Part shown: in pieces, positions 27,513-37,542 of the stretch | Layout of the letters: the number at the start of each line of letters is the position of its first letter | How positions within the stretch are numbered: position 1 is the first letter of the stretch | From: Promethearchaeota archaeon | GTDB taxonomy: Archaea; Asgardarchaeota; Lokiarchaeia; Sigyniarchaeales; SOKP01 | DNA length: 64,000 nt | Reading direction: 5' to 3' | Assembly: GCA_048940445.1 (NCBI GenBank) | Contig: JBHLON010000005.1 | Location: 59,125-123,124, forward strand | Made by a program: the position numbers and the translations under genes | Notes under the pieces: model-generated | Told to the model about the DNA's origin: nothing | The model's database searches: none | Seen by the model: only the letters and a program-made list of their open reading frames with translations

Positions 27513-29024
27513 TTGAAAGTGATTATGATTAAATATTTAAAAGATTTGGGAAATCCATTAGAATTTTGGGAATATTTTTATGAAATTTCAAAAATTCCTC
27601 ACTGTTCTGGACATGAGGGGCAATTAAGGCTTTTTATACAAAAAGAAGCAGAAAAACTAGGTTATGAAACTAAAACAGATAAAGTTAATAACTTAGTCAT
27701 CAAAATTCCATCAAATCCGAGTGAAAAAGATGTAGTAGTTATTACCTTACAAAGTCATATGGATATGGTGTGTGAAAAAAATGATGACATCATACATGAT
27801 TTTTCAACGGATCCTTTAGATCTGGAAATAATTAAAATTAAGAATGAAAATTGGATAACTGCCAAGGGTACCACATTAGGGGCAGACAACGCTGTTGGAA
27901 TGGCATATCAATTAGCCATTATGAGAAAGATATATAAAAAGGAGTTGGATTTAGGTCCCATATCATTGAATCTTTTATTTACTGTTGATGAAGAGAGAGG
28001 ACTCACAGGAGCAAGTCAAATCGACAAAGACCTAATAAATGGTCCTTATATGATAAATCTAGATTCAGAAGGAGATAATAAGTTTACAATAGGAGCCGCA
28101 GGAGGGCGAGTTTTTGAAGTTAAATTATTACTTGAAAAAAGTATTCATGATCAAGATGACTTAGTACCAATAACTCTTTCAATTACAGGTTTAACTGGTG
28201 GTCATTCAGGGGTAGATATTGATAAAGGTAGAGCAAATGCACTAAATTTACTTTCTCAAATTTTATGGAAATTAAATAATAATTATAAAATTCATTTAAT
28301 ATCTTTAAGTGGTGGTAATCTAGATAATGCTATTCCAAGAGAAGCAGAAGCGTTATTTTTTATAAAAAAGACTACTTTCTCTGAAATAAATGAATTAATA
28401 GAGCACACTTCTCTACATATTAAGATGTTATATGGGAATATTGAACCTAATATCAAAATAGATATTAATCAAGTAGATACTTCTAATGAATTTTCAACTT
28501 TTTCAGAAGATATTCAAAATAGGTTGCTTGAACTTTTGTTTTTAATGAAAAATGGCCCAATTTATCTACATCCTACAAATAAAGAATTAGTACATACTTC
28601 AAGTAATTTTGCTTCAATAAAAACAGAGGAATCTTTTCTTAAATTTGTAATCAGTCAAAGAAGCCTAACTCAATATGATTTAGATGTTATTTTTAATCAA
28701 TTTCAAACTCTGTTTAAGATGTCTGGATTGAAATTTATGACTGATATTAAGTATGAATATCCAAGTTGGACTCCAAATTTTAATTCAAAGCTTTCAATGC
28801 TAGCAGCAGAGAGCTATAAAGAATTATTCAATAGTGATGTCATAATACACGCTATTCATGCTGGTTTAGAATGCGCTTACTTCAAATATCATTTTCCTCA
28901 ATTGGAAATCATATCATTTGGACCAACTATTATTGATGGCCATTCACCTGATGAACGGCTGAAAATAAGTAGCGTGGAAAAAATATGGAATTTATTAATA
29001 AATTTATTAGTCAAACTAGTTTAG
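27513..29024 (+). CDS. pepD: Aminoacyl-histidine dipeptidase (peptidase M20C)
   Basis: QSHMDMVCEK; TLGADN; DEERG; NLDSE; GGHSG; IHAGLEC; HSPDE. Confidence 0.95.
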   Translation: MKVIMIKYLKDLGNPLEFWEYFYEISKIPHCSGHEGQLRLFIQKEAEKLGYETKTDKVNNLVIKIPSNPSEKDVVVITLQSHMDMVCEKNDDIIHDFSTDPLDLEIIKIKNENWITAKGTTLGADNAVGMAYQLAIMRKIYKKELDLGPISLNLLFTVDEERGLTGASQIDKDLINGPYMINLDSEGDNKFTIGAAGGRVFEVKLLLEKSIHDQDDLVPITLSITGLTGGHSGVDIDKGRANALNLLSQILWKLNNNYKIHLISLSGGNLDNAIPREAEALFFIKKTTFSEINELIEHTSLHIKMLYGNIEPNIKIDINQVDTSNEFSTFSEDIQNRLLELLFLMKNGPIYLHPTNKELVHTSSNFASIKTEESFLKFVISQRSLTQYDLDVIFNQFQTLFKMSGLKFMTDIKYEYPSWTPNFNSKLSMLAAESYKELFNSDVIIHAIHAGLECAYFKYHFPQLEIISFGPTIIDGHSPDERLKISSVEKIWNLLINLLVKLV

Positions 29025-29113
29025 ATATTTTGAAAATAACTTGTATAACTAAAAAGTTTTTAATTTAAAAAAAATTAATATGTTGTAGATATAAAGCATT
29101 TTTATAAGAAAGT

Positions 29114-29626
29114 ATGCAAAAACAGACAACTCCTAAGGAAGATATCAGTGGTTCTGAAACTATTTTTGAAAAAATAAAAAGCAAAACACCCTGGTTATTT
29201 GGAAACTCATTAAGAAAACCTAAAGTAAATTATCCCCAATTCAAACTTCGAAAGATGGAAATGCCATTACCTGGGCGAACCTTAGTCGTAATAGGAATAT
29301 ATATAATATTATTCCTCCTCCAAACAGGCATAATATATATTATTTATAGAGAACCTATAGCAATAGGGTCTAATCAACAAGGTGATCCTGTTCTATTCTA
29401 TCCTGATATACATGAAGCATTCATAATTGAGAGTATAGTCGCTTCAATTTTTATTTTTCTTTGTTCTATTGGTTTTATTCTTCTCTATCAGGCATCAAAG
29501 TATGTATATAATAAGAAGACTGCTATAAAAATATTAATAATAGGCATTATTTTAGTTATTTCTGCTTTTGTTGCACTACAAGCGTTTATAACTATAAAAT
29601 TAGGGGAAAAATTATTTAATGTTTAA
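29114..29626 (+). CDS. Oligosaccharyltransferase subunit OSTC/DC2 (OST3/OST6 TM family)-like
   Basis: Three TMs; TGIIYIIYREPIAIG..P..F...FIIESIVAS..F..SIGFILL resembles DC2 (GGIIYD.I.EPP..G..Y..EG..SS.LF..GG.GFI.L, recalled). Confidence 0.75.
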   Translation: MQKQTTPKEDISGSETIFEKIKSKTPWLFGNSLRKPKVNYPQFKLRKMEMPLPGRTLVVIGIYIILFLLQTGIIYIIYREPIAIGSNQQGDPVLFYPDIHEAFIIESIVASIFIFLCSIGFILLYQASKYVYNKKTAIKILIIGIILVISAFVALQAFITIKLGEKLFNV

Positions 29627-29702
29627 TTTTATTACTTATTTCTTCTATTAATGAAGGCTTTCCTAAAAAAAGAAAAAAAATTAATAAATTTATACTCCAA
29701 AA

Positions 29703-30101
29703 TTATAAATTAGCAATAAAAGCTTTATATGCGGCCTCATCTAATAAATTGCCTTTTTCAGAATCCCAATTCGATGGCTTAACTTTAAATAGCCATGCTG
29801 AGAAAGCATCTTCATTGATTTTTTCTGGTTCATCCATTAATGATGAATTAATTTCTGTTACGGTTCCTGAAACGGGACTATAAACATCCCCCACCGCTTT
29901 ACTTGATTCAACAGTACAATCCAAAGGATCACTACTTGGTTCATCTCCATCCATTTTAACTTGCATAATAGTAGCTCCTTCAAGAGATTCAACATCTACA
30001 AAAGATATTTCACCTAATTGTTCAGCCGCATAAGGAGTGATTCCAACTGCTCCAGTTGCATCATTAAACCATTGATGGGTCTTAGTATACCAAATTGTCA
30101 T
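29703..30101 (-). CDS. gcvH: Glycine cleavage system H (lipoyl carrier) protein
   Basis: YTKTHQW; GITPYAAEQLGEI; VESSKAVGDVYSPVSG lipoyl-Lys motif. Confidence 0.93.
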   Translation of the reverse strand: MTIWYTKTHQWFNDATGAVGITPYAAEQLGEISFVDVESLEGATIMQVKMDGDEPSSDPLDCTVESSKAVGDVYSPVSGTVTEINSSLMDEPEKINEDAFSAWLFKVKPSNWDSEKGNLLDEAAYKAFIANL

Positions 30102-30228
30102 TTTTTATCTAACTCTTTGTTATATTTTTATAAAACAAAATATATTGAATTTAATTGTATGATAAATTTAATTATATCCAAAATATAAAATTTTTTTATT
30201 AATTTGACTTAAAATCATATCTGCCAAC

Positions 30229-31068
30229 ATGACCTTTTCTATTAGTGATAAAATCAATTTTTATAATAATTTTAAAAATTTTTATCATCAAATTCTAAAA
30301 AATTTCAAATTTGATTATAATCGCGATCAGAACGCACGGGATTTCTTACAAGAAATGATGATGAAAAAAAAAGATTATGATCTTGAAGAAATCCTTAAAT
30401 CCATTAAAATTATGATTCATAGTAAAGAGAAAATACTAATCTATGGTTGTGGACCATCATTAGAAAATACAATGAAATATATACTCAAGATTAACGGAAA
30501 TAATATTTTTAATAATTCAATCAATCTCTGTGCTGATGGAGCAACCAGATTACTACGCGAAAAAAGTGTCCCTGTCGATGCTATATTTACAGACTTAGAT
30601 GGAATCTCTGATGTGGATTTTCTTTATTCTAAATTTGTAATTGTACACGCCCATGGAGATAATATAGATAAAATGCAAAAATTTAAAGATGTAATCATCA
30701 ATTTCAAAAATGTAGTTGGTACAACTCAAGTAGAACCGACTAAATACATTTTAAATCCGGGAGGTTTTACTGATGGGGATCGGATTTTATTTTTTTTAAA
30801 ATCATTTCTAAAACCGACACATAATATTTTTTTAATCGGTATGGATTTTGATAAGATAGTTGGTAAATATAGTAAAATTGATAAATATAATAATTTTAAA
30901 GCTTCAAGAACTAAGAGAAAGAAACTAAAATATGCAAAATTTTTGCTAGAATGGATTCAAAGCCAAATCCCATGTCCTGTTTATAATGTAAATTCAAACA
31001 AAAGTACCAAAAAGCTTAATAACTTAACTTTATTCGAATTTAAAAAATTTGTAATTTTTTCTAATTAA
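30229..31068 (+). CDS. mptE: 6-hydroxymethyl-7,8-dihydropterin pyrophosphokinase (MptE/DUF115)
   Basis: GCGPS; ADGA; TDLDG; HAHGDN; GTTQ; GGFTDGDR; GMDF. Confidence 0.9.
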   Translation: MTFSISDKINFYNNFKNFYHQILKNFKFDYNRDQNARDFLQEMMMKKKDYDLEEILKSIKIMIHSKEKILIYGCGPSLENTMKYILKINGNNIFNNSINLCADGATRLLREKSVPVDAIFTDLDGISDVDFLYSKFVIVHAHGDNIDKMQKFKDVIINFKNVVGTTQVEPTKYILNPGGFTDGDRILFFLKSFLKPTHNIFLIGMDFDKIVGKYSKIDKYNNFKASRTKRKKLKYAKFLLEWIQSQIPCPVYNVNSNKSTKKLNNLTLFEFKKFVIFSN

Positions 31069-31859
31069 GTATTTCGATCTTTAATACCCTCAGACTTTAT
31101 TTCAAATAACCCCTTTTTCTCTGGTAGTGAAAATGAATTAACTAAATGCGCAGTACCAATTGAATCTTCTCTTAAAGTTAAATATAAAAACTCAGAATAA
31201 TAATGATCGAGGTATTGAATTCCAACAGGATTTTCTGAGATGATGGCATCATTGATGAAATTTGGGGAAACTTGAGCCGTACCAATAGTGATTAAGTTAT
31301 AGGAGTTAATTAAGTCATTAAGATAATTTAATATTTTGAGAAAATCAGTTTTAGCTTTATAATAACTAATTTCAAAACTCGATTGCTCTACTCGATAATA
31401 ATTATTAATCGAATCAATCAAGATTACCTTATATTTATTACTTTTTAGGATTTTTTCAACATTTTGTAAATTCAAAATAAACATAGAATTGCTTAAAATC
31501 TTAGTTACTAAAATGCTTTTCAATACATTATTTGGATTAAGATTCTGGGCTTTTGTTATTTGTACAATTCTTTCAGGACGAAATGTATTTTCGGTATCTA
31601 TAAAAATACATGACCCAAATTTCTTGTAAGATTCTACACATAATTGATGACAGAGTTGAGTCTTTCCAGTACTATATTTTCCAAATATTATATAAAATTT
31701 TTTTGAATAAAATCCTCCATTCAAGATGTTATCTAAATTACATAATCCAGATGGAAGTATGTTAGTTCCTTCTAAATATGTTTTTTGCTTTTCTAATATT
31801 ATGTTTGTACTAATATGTTGATCATTTTTATTGAGTATCTTGGAAAGGTTTAGGATCAT
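31065..31859 (-). CDS. RadA/Rad51 paralogue lacking the N-terminal HhH domain
   Basis: LDNILNGG; Walker A GKYSTGKTQLC; FIDTENTFRPERI; Walker B ILIDS. Confidence 0.88.
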   Translation of the reverse strand: MILNLSKILNKNDQHISTNIILEKQKTYLEGTNILPSGLCNLDNILNGGFYSKKFYIIFGKYSTGKTQLCHQLCVESYKKFGSCIFIDTENTFRPERIVQITKAQNLNPNNVLKSILVTKILSNSMFILNLQNVEKILKSNKYKVILIDSINNYYRVEQSSFEISYYKAKTDFLKILNYLNDLINSYNLITIGTAQVSPNFINDAIISENPVGIQYLDHYYSEFLYLTLREDSIGTAHLVNSFSLPEKKGLFEIKSEGIKDRNT

Positions 31860-31979
31860 CTTGTAGTTGATTTTATAATTAAAATTTAGTTAATCATAAG
31901 AATTATTTATCTATCTGATATTAAAAATTAATCTTAAAATAATATGCAAAAATTAATTTTTAGCCAAACATAATTTATT

Positions 31980-32618
31980 TTGTTAAAAGAAAGAATTGAA
32001 ATTAAGATGGCAAAGAAAAAAAAAGAAGTTTGTCCTTATTGTGGTAATAGCTTTGCATACCTTTCGCGTCATAAGTGTAAAGTAAAGGAGCGATTGGAAG
32101 GTTCGGAGGAATCTGATCAATCAGAAATTGAAAGAAGGATCGAAAGAATAGAAGAAAGGAAAAGACATTTTACTCGAAACCTCAAAAAGGAAGAAAAGGC
32201 TATCCTTGATATAATTAATAGAAAAAACGCCTTATATTTTAAAGAACTTCTGAAATTAACCAAGAAAAATCGGAATGAATTAGATGAGATACTAGATACA
32301 TTAGCTCTGCAATCAAAGATTAAGGTAAGGAGGGAGTTAGTTGATGCCTCATGGACAAAATTCATATCAGCTGTTGAAGATATTGAAGTTAAAGTAAAAG
32401 ATATTAAAATAGATGAAAGTAAAAATGATTTTATCTTCGATCTTTTCTCATACCAACCATGTTTGATTTGTCCCTTTATTGCTAGATGTAATGAAACTAG
32501 TAATGATCAATTTAATCCACACATTTGTCCTTGGCTTACTGAATGGATTTATGCATCACTAGAGGGTAAAATTTATAAAGTAAATTTTGATGAGATTCAA
32601 TCAGAAGACTTAGAATAA
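31980..32618 (+). CDS. TFEbeta / RNA polymerase III C34-like protein with extra N-terminal zinc finger
   Basis: CPYC..HKC finger; central winged-helix-like region; C-terminal PCLICP..C..NPHICPWLTEWI Fe-S motif. Confidence 0.75.
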   Translation: MLKERIEIKMAKKKKEVCPYCGNSFAYLSRHKCKVKERLEGSEESDQSEIERRIERIEERKRHFTRNLKKEEKAILDIINRKNALYFKELLKLTKKNRNELDEILDTLALQSKIKVRRELVDASWTKFISAVEDIEVKVKDIKIDESKNDFIFDLFSYQPCLICPFIARCNETSNDQFNPHICPWLTEWIYASLEGKIYKVNFDEIQSEDLE

Positions 32619-33281
32619 CTATTTCTTCTTTAATCCGATGAGGTAGATTTCATTACTTTTTTTTTTTGAAGCTTTTGGCTTGAAGCTTTTAACTTGAAAA
32701 AAGTGATTTTTAAAATCCTTAAAAAATGCTTCAAAGTCTTTTCCTTGAAAAAGTTTAATAACGCAATTTCCTCTAATTTTTAAAAACCTTGTTAATGAAA
32801 GTATTTCATAACATAATTGTATTTGTCTTGCCTGATCACTAAATTTATTACCAGATTTATTTATGCTAGCATCAGAAAGGATTAAATCTATCTTCTCTCC
32901 TTCAAAATATTCATCTATTTTTTCTCTTAAATCTTCATCATGAATATTCATTACTATTGTTTCGATATCTTCAATTGAAGAGAGCTTTTTAATGTCTACA
33001 CCCATAATTTTGAAATGATCTCTTGAATAATAGGTATCATTATATTTCTCTAGATTTCTAATGGCGAATTCTTTTGAAACTTGTAACCAAGAACCAGGAG
33101 CACTTCCTAAATCTAAAATATAATAAGCTCTCTTAAACACATTGAATCTTTTTTGAATTTCTAATAATTTAAAAGCTGAACGCGCTCTATATCCTTTTTG
33201 TTTGGCTTCTTTATAATAAGTCTCTTTTGAGTGATTTGATTGATATCTAACCAAATTTAACACCTTTAATTTACATTCCAC
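32619..33281 (-). CDS. rlmE: 23S rRNA U2552 2'-O-methyltransferase RlmE/FtsJ
   Basis: YRARSAFKL; DLGSAPGSW; LSDAS; KLFQG; KPKAS..S.EIY. Confidence 0.95.
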   Translation of the reverse strand: MECKLKVLNLVRYQSNHSKETYYKEAKQKGYRARSAFKLLEIQKRFNVFKRAYYILDLGSAPGSWLQVSKEFAIRNLEKYNDTYYSRDHFKIMGVDIKKLSSIEDIETIVMNIHDEDLREKIDEYFEGEKIDLILSDASINKSGNKFSDQARQIQLCYEILSLTRFLKIRGNCVIKLFQGKDFEAFFKDFKNHFFQVKSFKPKASKKKSNEIYLIGLKKK

Positions 33282-34482
33282 GAATAAGTTCTTCTAATTT
33301 TTGTATTCCAATATTGGTTTTTATGGCTAAATAGTCAAAAAGGGTTCTTGAAGCTTGAGCTCCTAGGTTTTCAATTTTTTCAATTATCAAATTAATTTTG
33401 GGAACTTGAGATAATTTGAATTTTTCACATAGTTTATGAATATTATAATATGAAGCTGGCATATCCATTTCCTTTAATGCAATATTCAAAATTTTATTGA
33501 TTTTACTTTTATTAGTAAATTGGGTATCTAAATTTTGGATAATTAGTTTTTCGAGAAAAACCTTATTATGCAGATTTTCAATCCAAAGAGGACCCGCATA
33601 TTCAAGTGCTTTATTTTTTTTGCAAATAGGACAATGATGAGGGATTATTAGAATATTTTCATGATATACTGAACGAGCCCCACAATCATTACAGTGTAAG
33701 ATATAACCATAAGTTGAAAAATTTGAATAGATTTTTTTATTCCCTTTATATGTAAGAGCGAAAATTTTTAGAAAATGACCCGAATAAAACGTTAATAGAG
33801 GTGTTATGCCAATGTTGTTTATATTGGCTATTTTAGAAATAAAATAGAGCAATATTCTTGCACCAATTTCTTTACAGTACTCGTTGTGAAGAGGTTTAGA
33901 TAAATACTTTTTGATGCACGCTCGTTTTCTAACACCAAATAAAACTGCTGTATCTGTAGCAGTCACGCATAATAGACCATTCTCTTTTTGAATTAATTTT
34001 GAAGCACAATCAATGAAGTTAGAAGGAGTCCCAAAAGGATCGATAATTAAAACATTAGGACGCCTCAACTTATCTTGACTTACTAATTTGAAGAAGAGGG
34101 AATTAGCCTCTTCGTTAGTTACCTCCACATTATCTAAAATTTTGTTAGTTATGTCTAAATTTTTTTTTATTAGCTTAACTGCAAGAGGATTTATATCATT
34201 TATATAAATTTTTTTAATGTTATTGCATTCTTTAAGTAATCTGATTGATGTTATTCCAGAGGCTGCCATAGAATCAACGATGATTAGCGAATCAGGATGG
34301 TACAAATTTTTATAAGTAATAATTGATGAAATGGTTATGTCTCGATTTATTTCCATATCCTTATTATAAAATACATTCATTGATTTTGATGGTATCTTCT
34401 CTTTATCAGATCGATGAATAAAAAATTCTACAGAACCTTCTTTTTGTAATAGATACTTACTATTTTTTTTATTTTGCTTCAT
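33271..34482 (-). CDS. trm1: tRNA (guanine-26 N2)-dimethyltransferase
   Basis: VFYN..M..NRD; DPFGTP; VTATD; EIGARIL; GPLW. Confidence 0.95.
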   Translation of the reverse strand: MKQNKKNSKYLLQKEGSVEFFIHRSDKEKIPSKSMNVFYNKDMEINRDITISSIITYKNLYHPDSLIIVDSMAASGITSIRLLKECNNIKKIYINDINPLAVKLIKKNLDITNKILDNVEVTNEEANSLFFKLVSQDKLRRPNVLIIDPFGTPSNFIDCASKLIQKENGLLCVTATDTAVLFGVRKRACIKKYLSKPLHNEYCKEIGARILLYFISKIANINNIGITPLLTFYSGHFLKIFALTYKGNKKIYSNFSTYGYILHCNDCGARSVYHENILIIPHHCPICKKNKALEYAGPLWIENLHNKVFLEKLIIQNLDTQFTNKSKINKILNIALKEMDMPASYYNIHKLCEKFKLSQVPKINLIIEKIENLGAQASRTLFDYLAIKTNIGIQKLEELIRGM

Positions 34483-34533
34483 ATTTTTTGTTTGAATTTT
34501 AATTATTCCACTATTAGTAGGTAATTAACTTTT

Positions 34534-35517
34534 TCAAATTGTAAGATATAAATTGACTGCCTTCTTGCTGCCGATTATCCCACCATAACAAAGAGTATGC
34601 AATTCTTTAACATTATCTTTTTTCAAAAGGGGAATTTCTTCCAAATATTTTGTTTTATTTTTACTGTCTAAAGCCAAAAACTCTCCTACTAGTGTTTTTA
34701 TTATAAAAGCTAGGGGTAACCATTCATAATAAACCCTAATTTTTGGTTTCGGCGAAGGAAAGTACGCATAAACCCCTCCATAGTTCAGAATTGCGTGGAT
34801 ATCTCCTACAAAACTACCACTATAACGATCTTTTAAATGATGTTGAATCAGGATTTGTTCATATTTTTTAAAAGTCTCATTCCATTGAGTTGAATCACCT
34901 CCGATACATCTAATGCCTCCTTCTTGTTGATTAGGCATAAACTTTAACTCTTGAAATACATAATGATAAAATGTCATGCTGTAAGGTGAATTATCTAACA
35001 TAAACTCTGCAACTTTATTGTTAATAGCAATTACAAGATTAGTAAAGATTCCATAGAGAACGTAAAATCCACATATTATATTACCAGTTTCGTTATATAT
35101 TCCAATAATTGTTCCTACCGTTCTATTTACAGCAACATTCGTAGAGCCATCAACTGGATCAATTGTTATTCCAAATATGCCCTCACCTAAAACAGGAGCT
35201 GCCTCCTCAGAAGCTATATATGAAAAACTTGCATTGCTCTCTGTTAATGCCTTTAAAATTATACTGTGTGTTAAAACATCTTCGTGAATTTGAGTTTCAT
35301 TAAAAATGTTCTTAGAATTAGCATCAGTTTCTTCAATGTTCATTCTGTGCTTTATTTCTCGAGAACTTATTCCCCTCTCAAGTAAACCTCGTATAGGAAT
35401 TGTAGCGTCGGCAATAGTTTCAATGATTTCAATTAACTTCTCTTTATGAGGATATAAGGGATCAATTTCTTTTACTAACCATTTAGACAATTTAATTTTT
35501 TCAATTTTGAAGCTCAT
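34534..35517 (-). CDS. fbp: Fructose-1,6-bisphosphatase class I (divergent)
   Basis: ASEE; DPVDGSTN; GTIIGIY; RYSGSFVGDIH..L..GG..Y; KIRVYYE..PLAF. Confidence 0.85.
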   Translation of the reverse strand: MSFKIEKIKLSKWLVKEIDPLYPHKEKLIEIIETIADATIPIRGLLERGISSREIKHRMNIEETDANSKNIFNETQIHEDVLTHSIILKALTESNASFSYIASEEAAPVLGEGIFGITIDPVDGSTNVAVNRTVGTIIGIYNETGNIICGFYVLYGIFTNLVIAINNKVAEFMLDNSPYSMTFYHYVFQELKFMPNQQEGGIRCIGGDSTQWNETFKKYEQILIQHHLKDRYSGSFVGDIHAILNYGGVYAYFPSPKPKIRVYYEWLPLAFIIKTLVGEFLALDSKNKTKYLEEIPLLKKDNVKELHTLCYGGIIGSKKAVNLYLTI

Positions 35518-35718
35518 AACCTAAGACCGAACTTTTGATTTTCTAATATGTAAAATCTTTAATTATTATAATGAAAATTTATAGTTAATTCTTTATATCA
35601 ATAAAAGAGAGTTAAATAATATGTAGAATTATAATCAAACTATATAGTTTATTTAGAACAGATTTATTACATTTATTCGAATTAAATTATATGATTAATG
35701 TTTCTAAAGGTGTAATCC

Positions 35719-36843
35719 ATCATTAGATCTAGGAAAATAATTAAAATTAAGAAAGTCCTAAAACAAAATTATGTTGCATTTTTAATTGTGATTTTCTGGT
35801 TTCTTGGGAATTTCATATATTTTTCGATCAAAACCTCCAGTTCTTATGAGGCTTTATTGATAATTTTTTACTTTAAACATTATTCAAGTTTGTATGGAAA
35901 TTTTTATGCAAGTTTTACTGAGTTCATCATTTTTGGTTTAATCTTCTCCTTAATTACTATTGACCTTTTTAGAAAGTACAATCCTGCAGATACAAGCAGA
36001 GAATTAGCAAGATTTTGTGATAATCACGTTGTAATTATAGGATATAATCATGTAGGAAAAAGAATTGTAGATTATTTTCATGAGAATACTGATTATGATG
36101 TTGTAATTATTGAAAAAAGAGAAAATTTAGTAAAGGATTTAATCGAAAATGAATTGGCAGTTATAAATGACGATGCCTTAAAGATAGAGACCCTAAAGGA
36201 TGCCAGTATAGAGAAAGCAAGAGCTGTTTATGTGATGAGTGATAATTTAGAAGTTCAATTAGTAGTGAATGCAAATATTAGAGAATTAAATAAGTATTGT
36301 AAACTAGTATGTAGGGTTTTTGAGGATGATATTGGAGACTTAATTGCTAAAACTTATAATGCAATAGTTATTTCTACTTCTAAATTTGCATCTGAGATTA
36401 TTTTTAAAAAGATAAGTAAACATAATTACAAAAAAATTCTTTTAATTGGTTTAGATCATATAGCTTTAAGATTAATTGAGAAGATCAAACAACGTGGTAA
36501 TATTGATTATTATATCATCGAGGAGGATGAAGAAAAAATTGAACAACTAATGATTCCAAAAGAAACTATTATAATTGGTGATCCAAAAGAAGAACTAATA
36601 TTAGGTAGAGCAAACGTTCTGGAGAGAGATTGTATTATTAACACTATCTCAGATGTAACTGATATTATACTTATTACACGAAAAATAAGAGAATTAAATT
36701 CTAAATGCAAAATATTTTCTAGATTTTTTCTTGATAGTGTTGCGGAAGTGCTTGAAAGACCCCCTTTTCGTTCGAAAGTTATTTCTAGCTCGAAGCAAAC
36801 CCTAAAAATTATGACTAAAGAAGGAATATTAGATCTTTCATAA
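35719..36843 (+). CDS. Membrane protein with two TrkA-N/RCK domains (K+ channel-like, no GYG filter); start probably upstream of the ORF-track GTG
   Basis: HVVIIGYNHVG and second ILLIGLDH Rossmann folds; frame open from 35716. Confidence 0.8.
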   Translation: MIRSRKIIKIKKVLKQNYVAFLIVIFWFLGNFIYFSIKTSSSYEALLIIFYFKHYSSLYGNFYASFTEFIIFGLIFSLITIDLFRKYNPADTSRELARFCDNHVVIIGYNHVGKRIVDYFHENTDYDVVIIEKRENLVKDLIENELAVINDDALKIETLKDASIEKARAVYVMSDNLEVQLVVNANIRELNKYCKLVCRVFEDDIGDLIAKTYNAIVISTSKFASEIIFKKISKHNYKKILLIGLDHIALRLIEKIKQRGNIDYYIIEEDEEKIEQLMIPKETIIIGDPKEELILGRANVLERDCIINTISDVTDIILITRKIRELNSKCKIFSRFFLDSVAEVLERPPFRSKVISSSKQTLKIMTKEGILDLS

Positions 36844-37518
36844 AAATCCATTTTCAGTAAGAGTTGCTGAAATTGCAATTAATTTTTTATTACTTTTATT
36901 AAAAACAAATTTACGTTGATTTAATTTGTTTGTACGGGTGATTTTAATAGTTGAATTAATCCAATATTCCATAACCAATCCCCCGCTCTGTACTTCAATT
37001 ATTTGTCCATTACGGTTAACATCAGATTTATTATTTACAATCAAAATATGAATATTATAGGTTTTATTTAAATAAGATAAATTTGCCAGAATTTGGCTTA
37101 ATTTATAATTCATTATAAAATTTTTTTCTTTACTCTCTCGATTAAGTTCCATACGATATAGATCCGTTATAGAATCAATAATAATTAATTCTAGGCTACT
37201 GTTATCTTTATCTAAAATAATAAATTCTAAATTAAAAACTAATGAATAAAGATCTTCAAAATTCAAGGAGATTATAAAGCTTATATTATCTAGAATCTTC
37301 TTTGGTGAGTTTTTAATAAGATTATTTACTTTTTCGAACGGAAAATTAGGTTTTGTATAAATATAGATAACTGTTTTTTCTCTGGATGCTGTGGCTATAG
37401 CATTTTGAATTGAAAAAGTTGTCTTTCCTACTCCATAATCACCCCAAATCGATGTAATCTCTTTGTTAGAAAAAGTTAAGTTGATAAATTGATTAAATTC
37501 TTCATTTAAAGAATTCAT
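36838..37518 (-). CDS. radB: RadB-like RecA-family ATPase
   Basis: Walker A GDYGVGKT; IIIDSITDLYR; SGG..MEYW. Confidence 0.8.
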   Translation of the reverse strand: MNSLNEEFNQFINLTFSNKEITSIWGDYGVGKTTFSIQNAIATASREKTVIYIYTKPNFPFEKVNNLIKNSPKKILDNISFIISLNFEDLYSLVFNLEFIILDKDNSSLELIIIDSITDLYRMELNRESKEKNFIMNYKLSQILANLSYLNKTYNIHILIVNNKSDVNRNGQIIEVQSGGLVMEYWINSTIKITRTNKLNQRKFVFNKSNKKLIAISATLTENGFL

Positions 37519-37542
37519 AATTATAAATTTTTAAATCGATAA

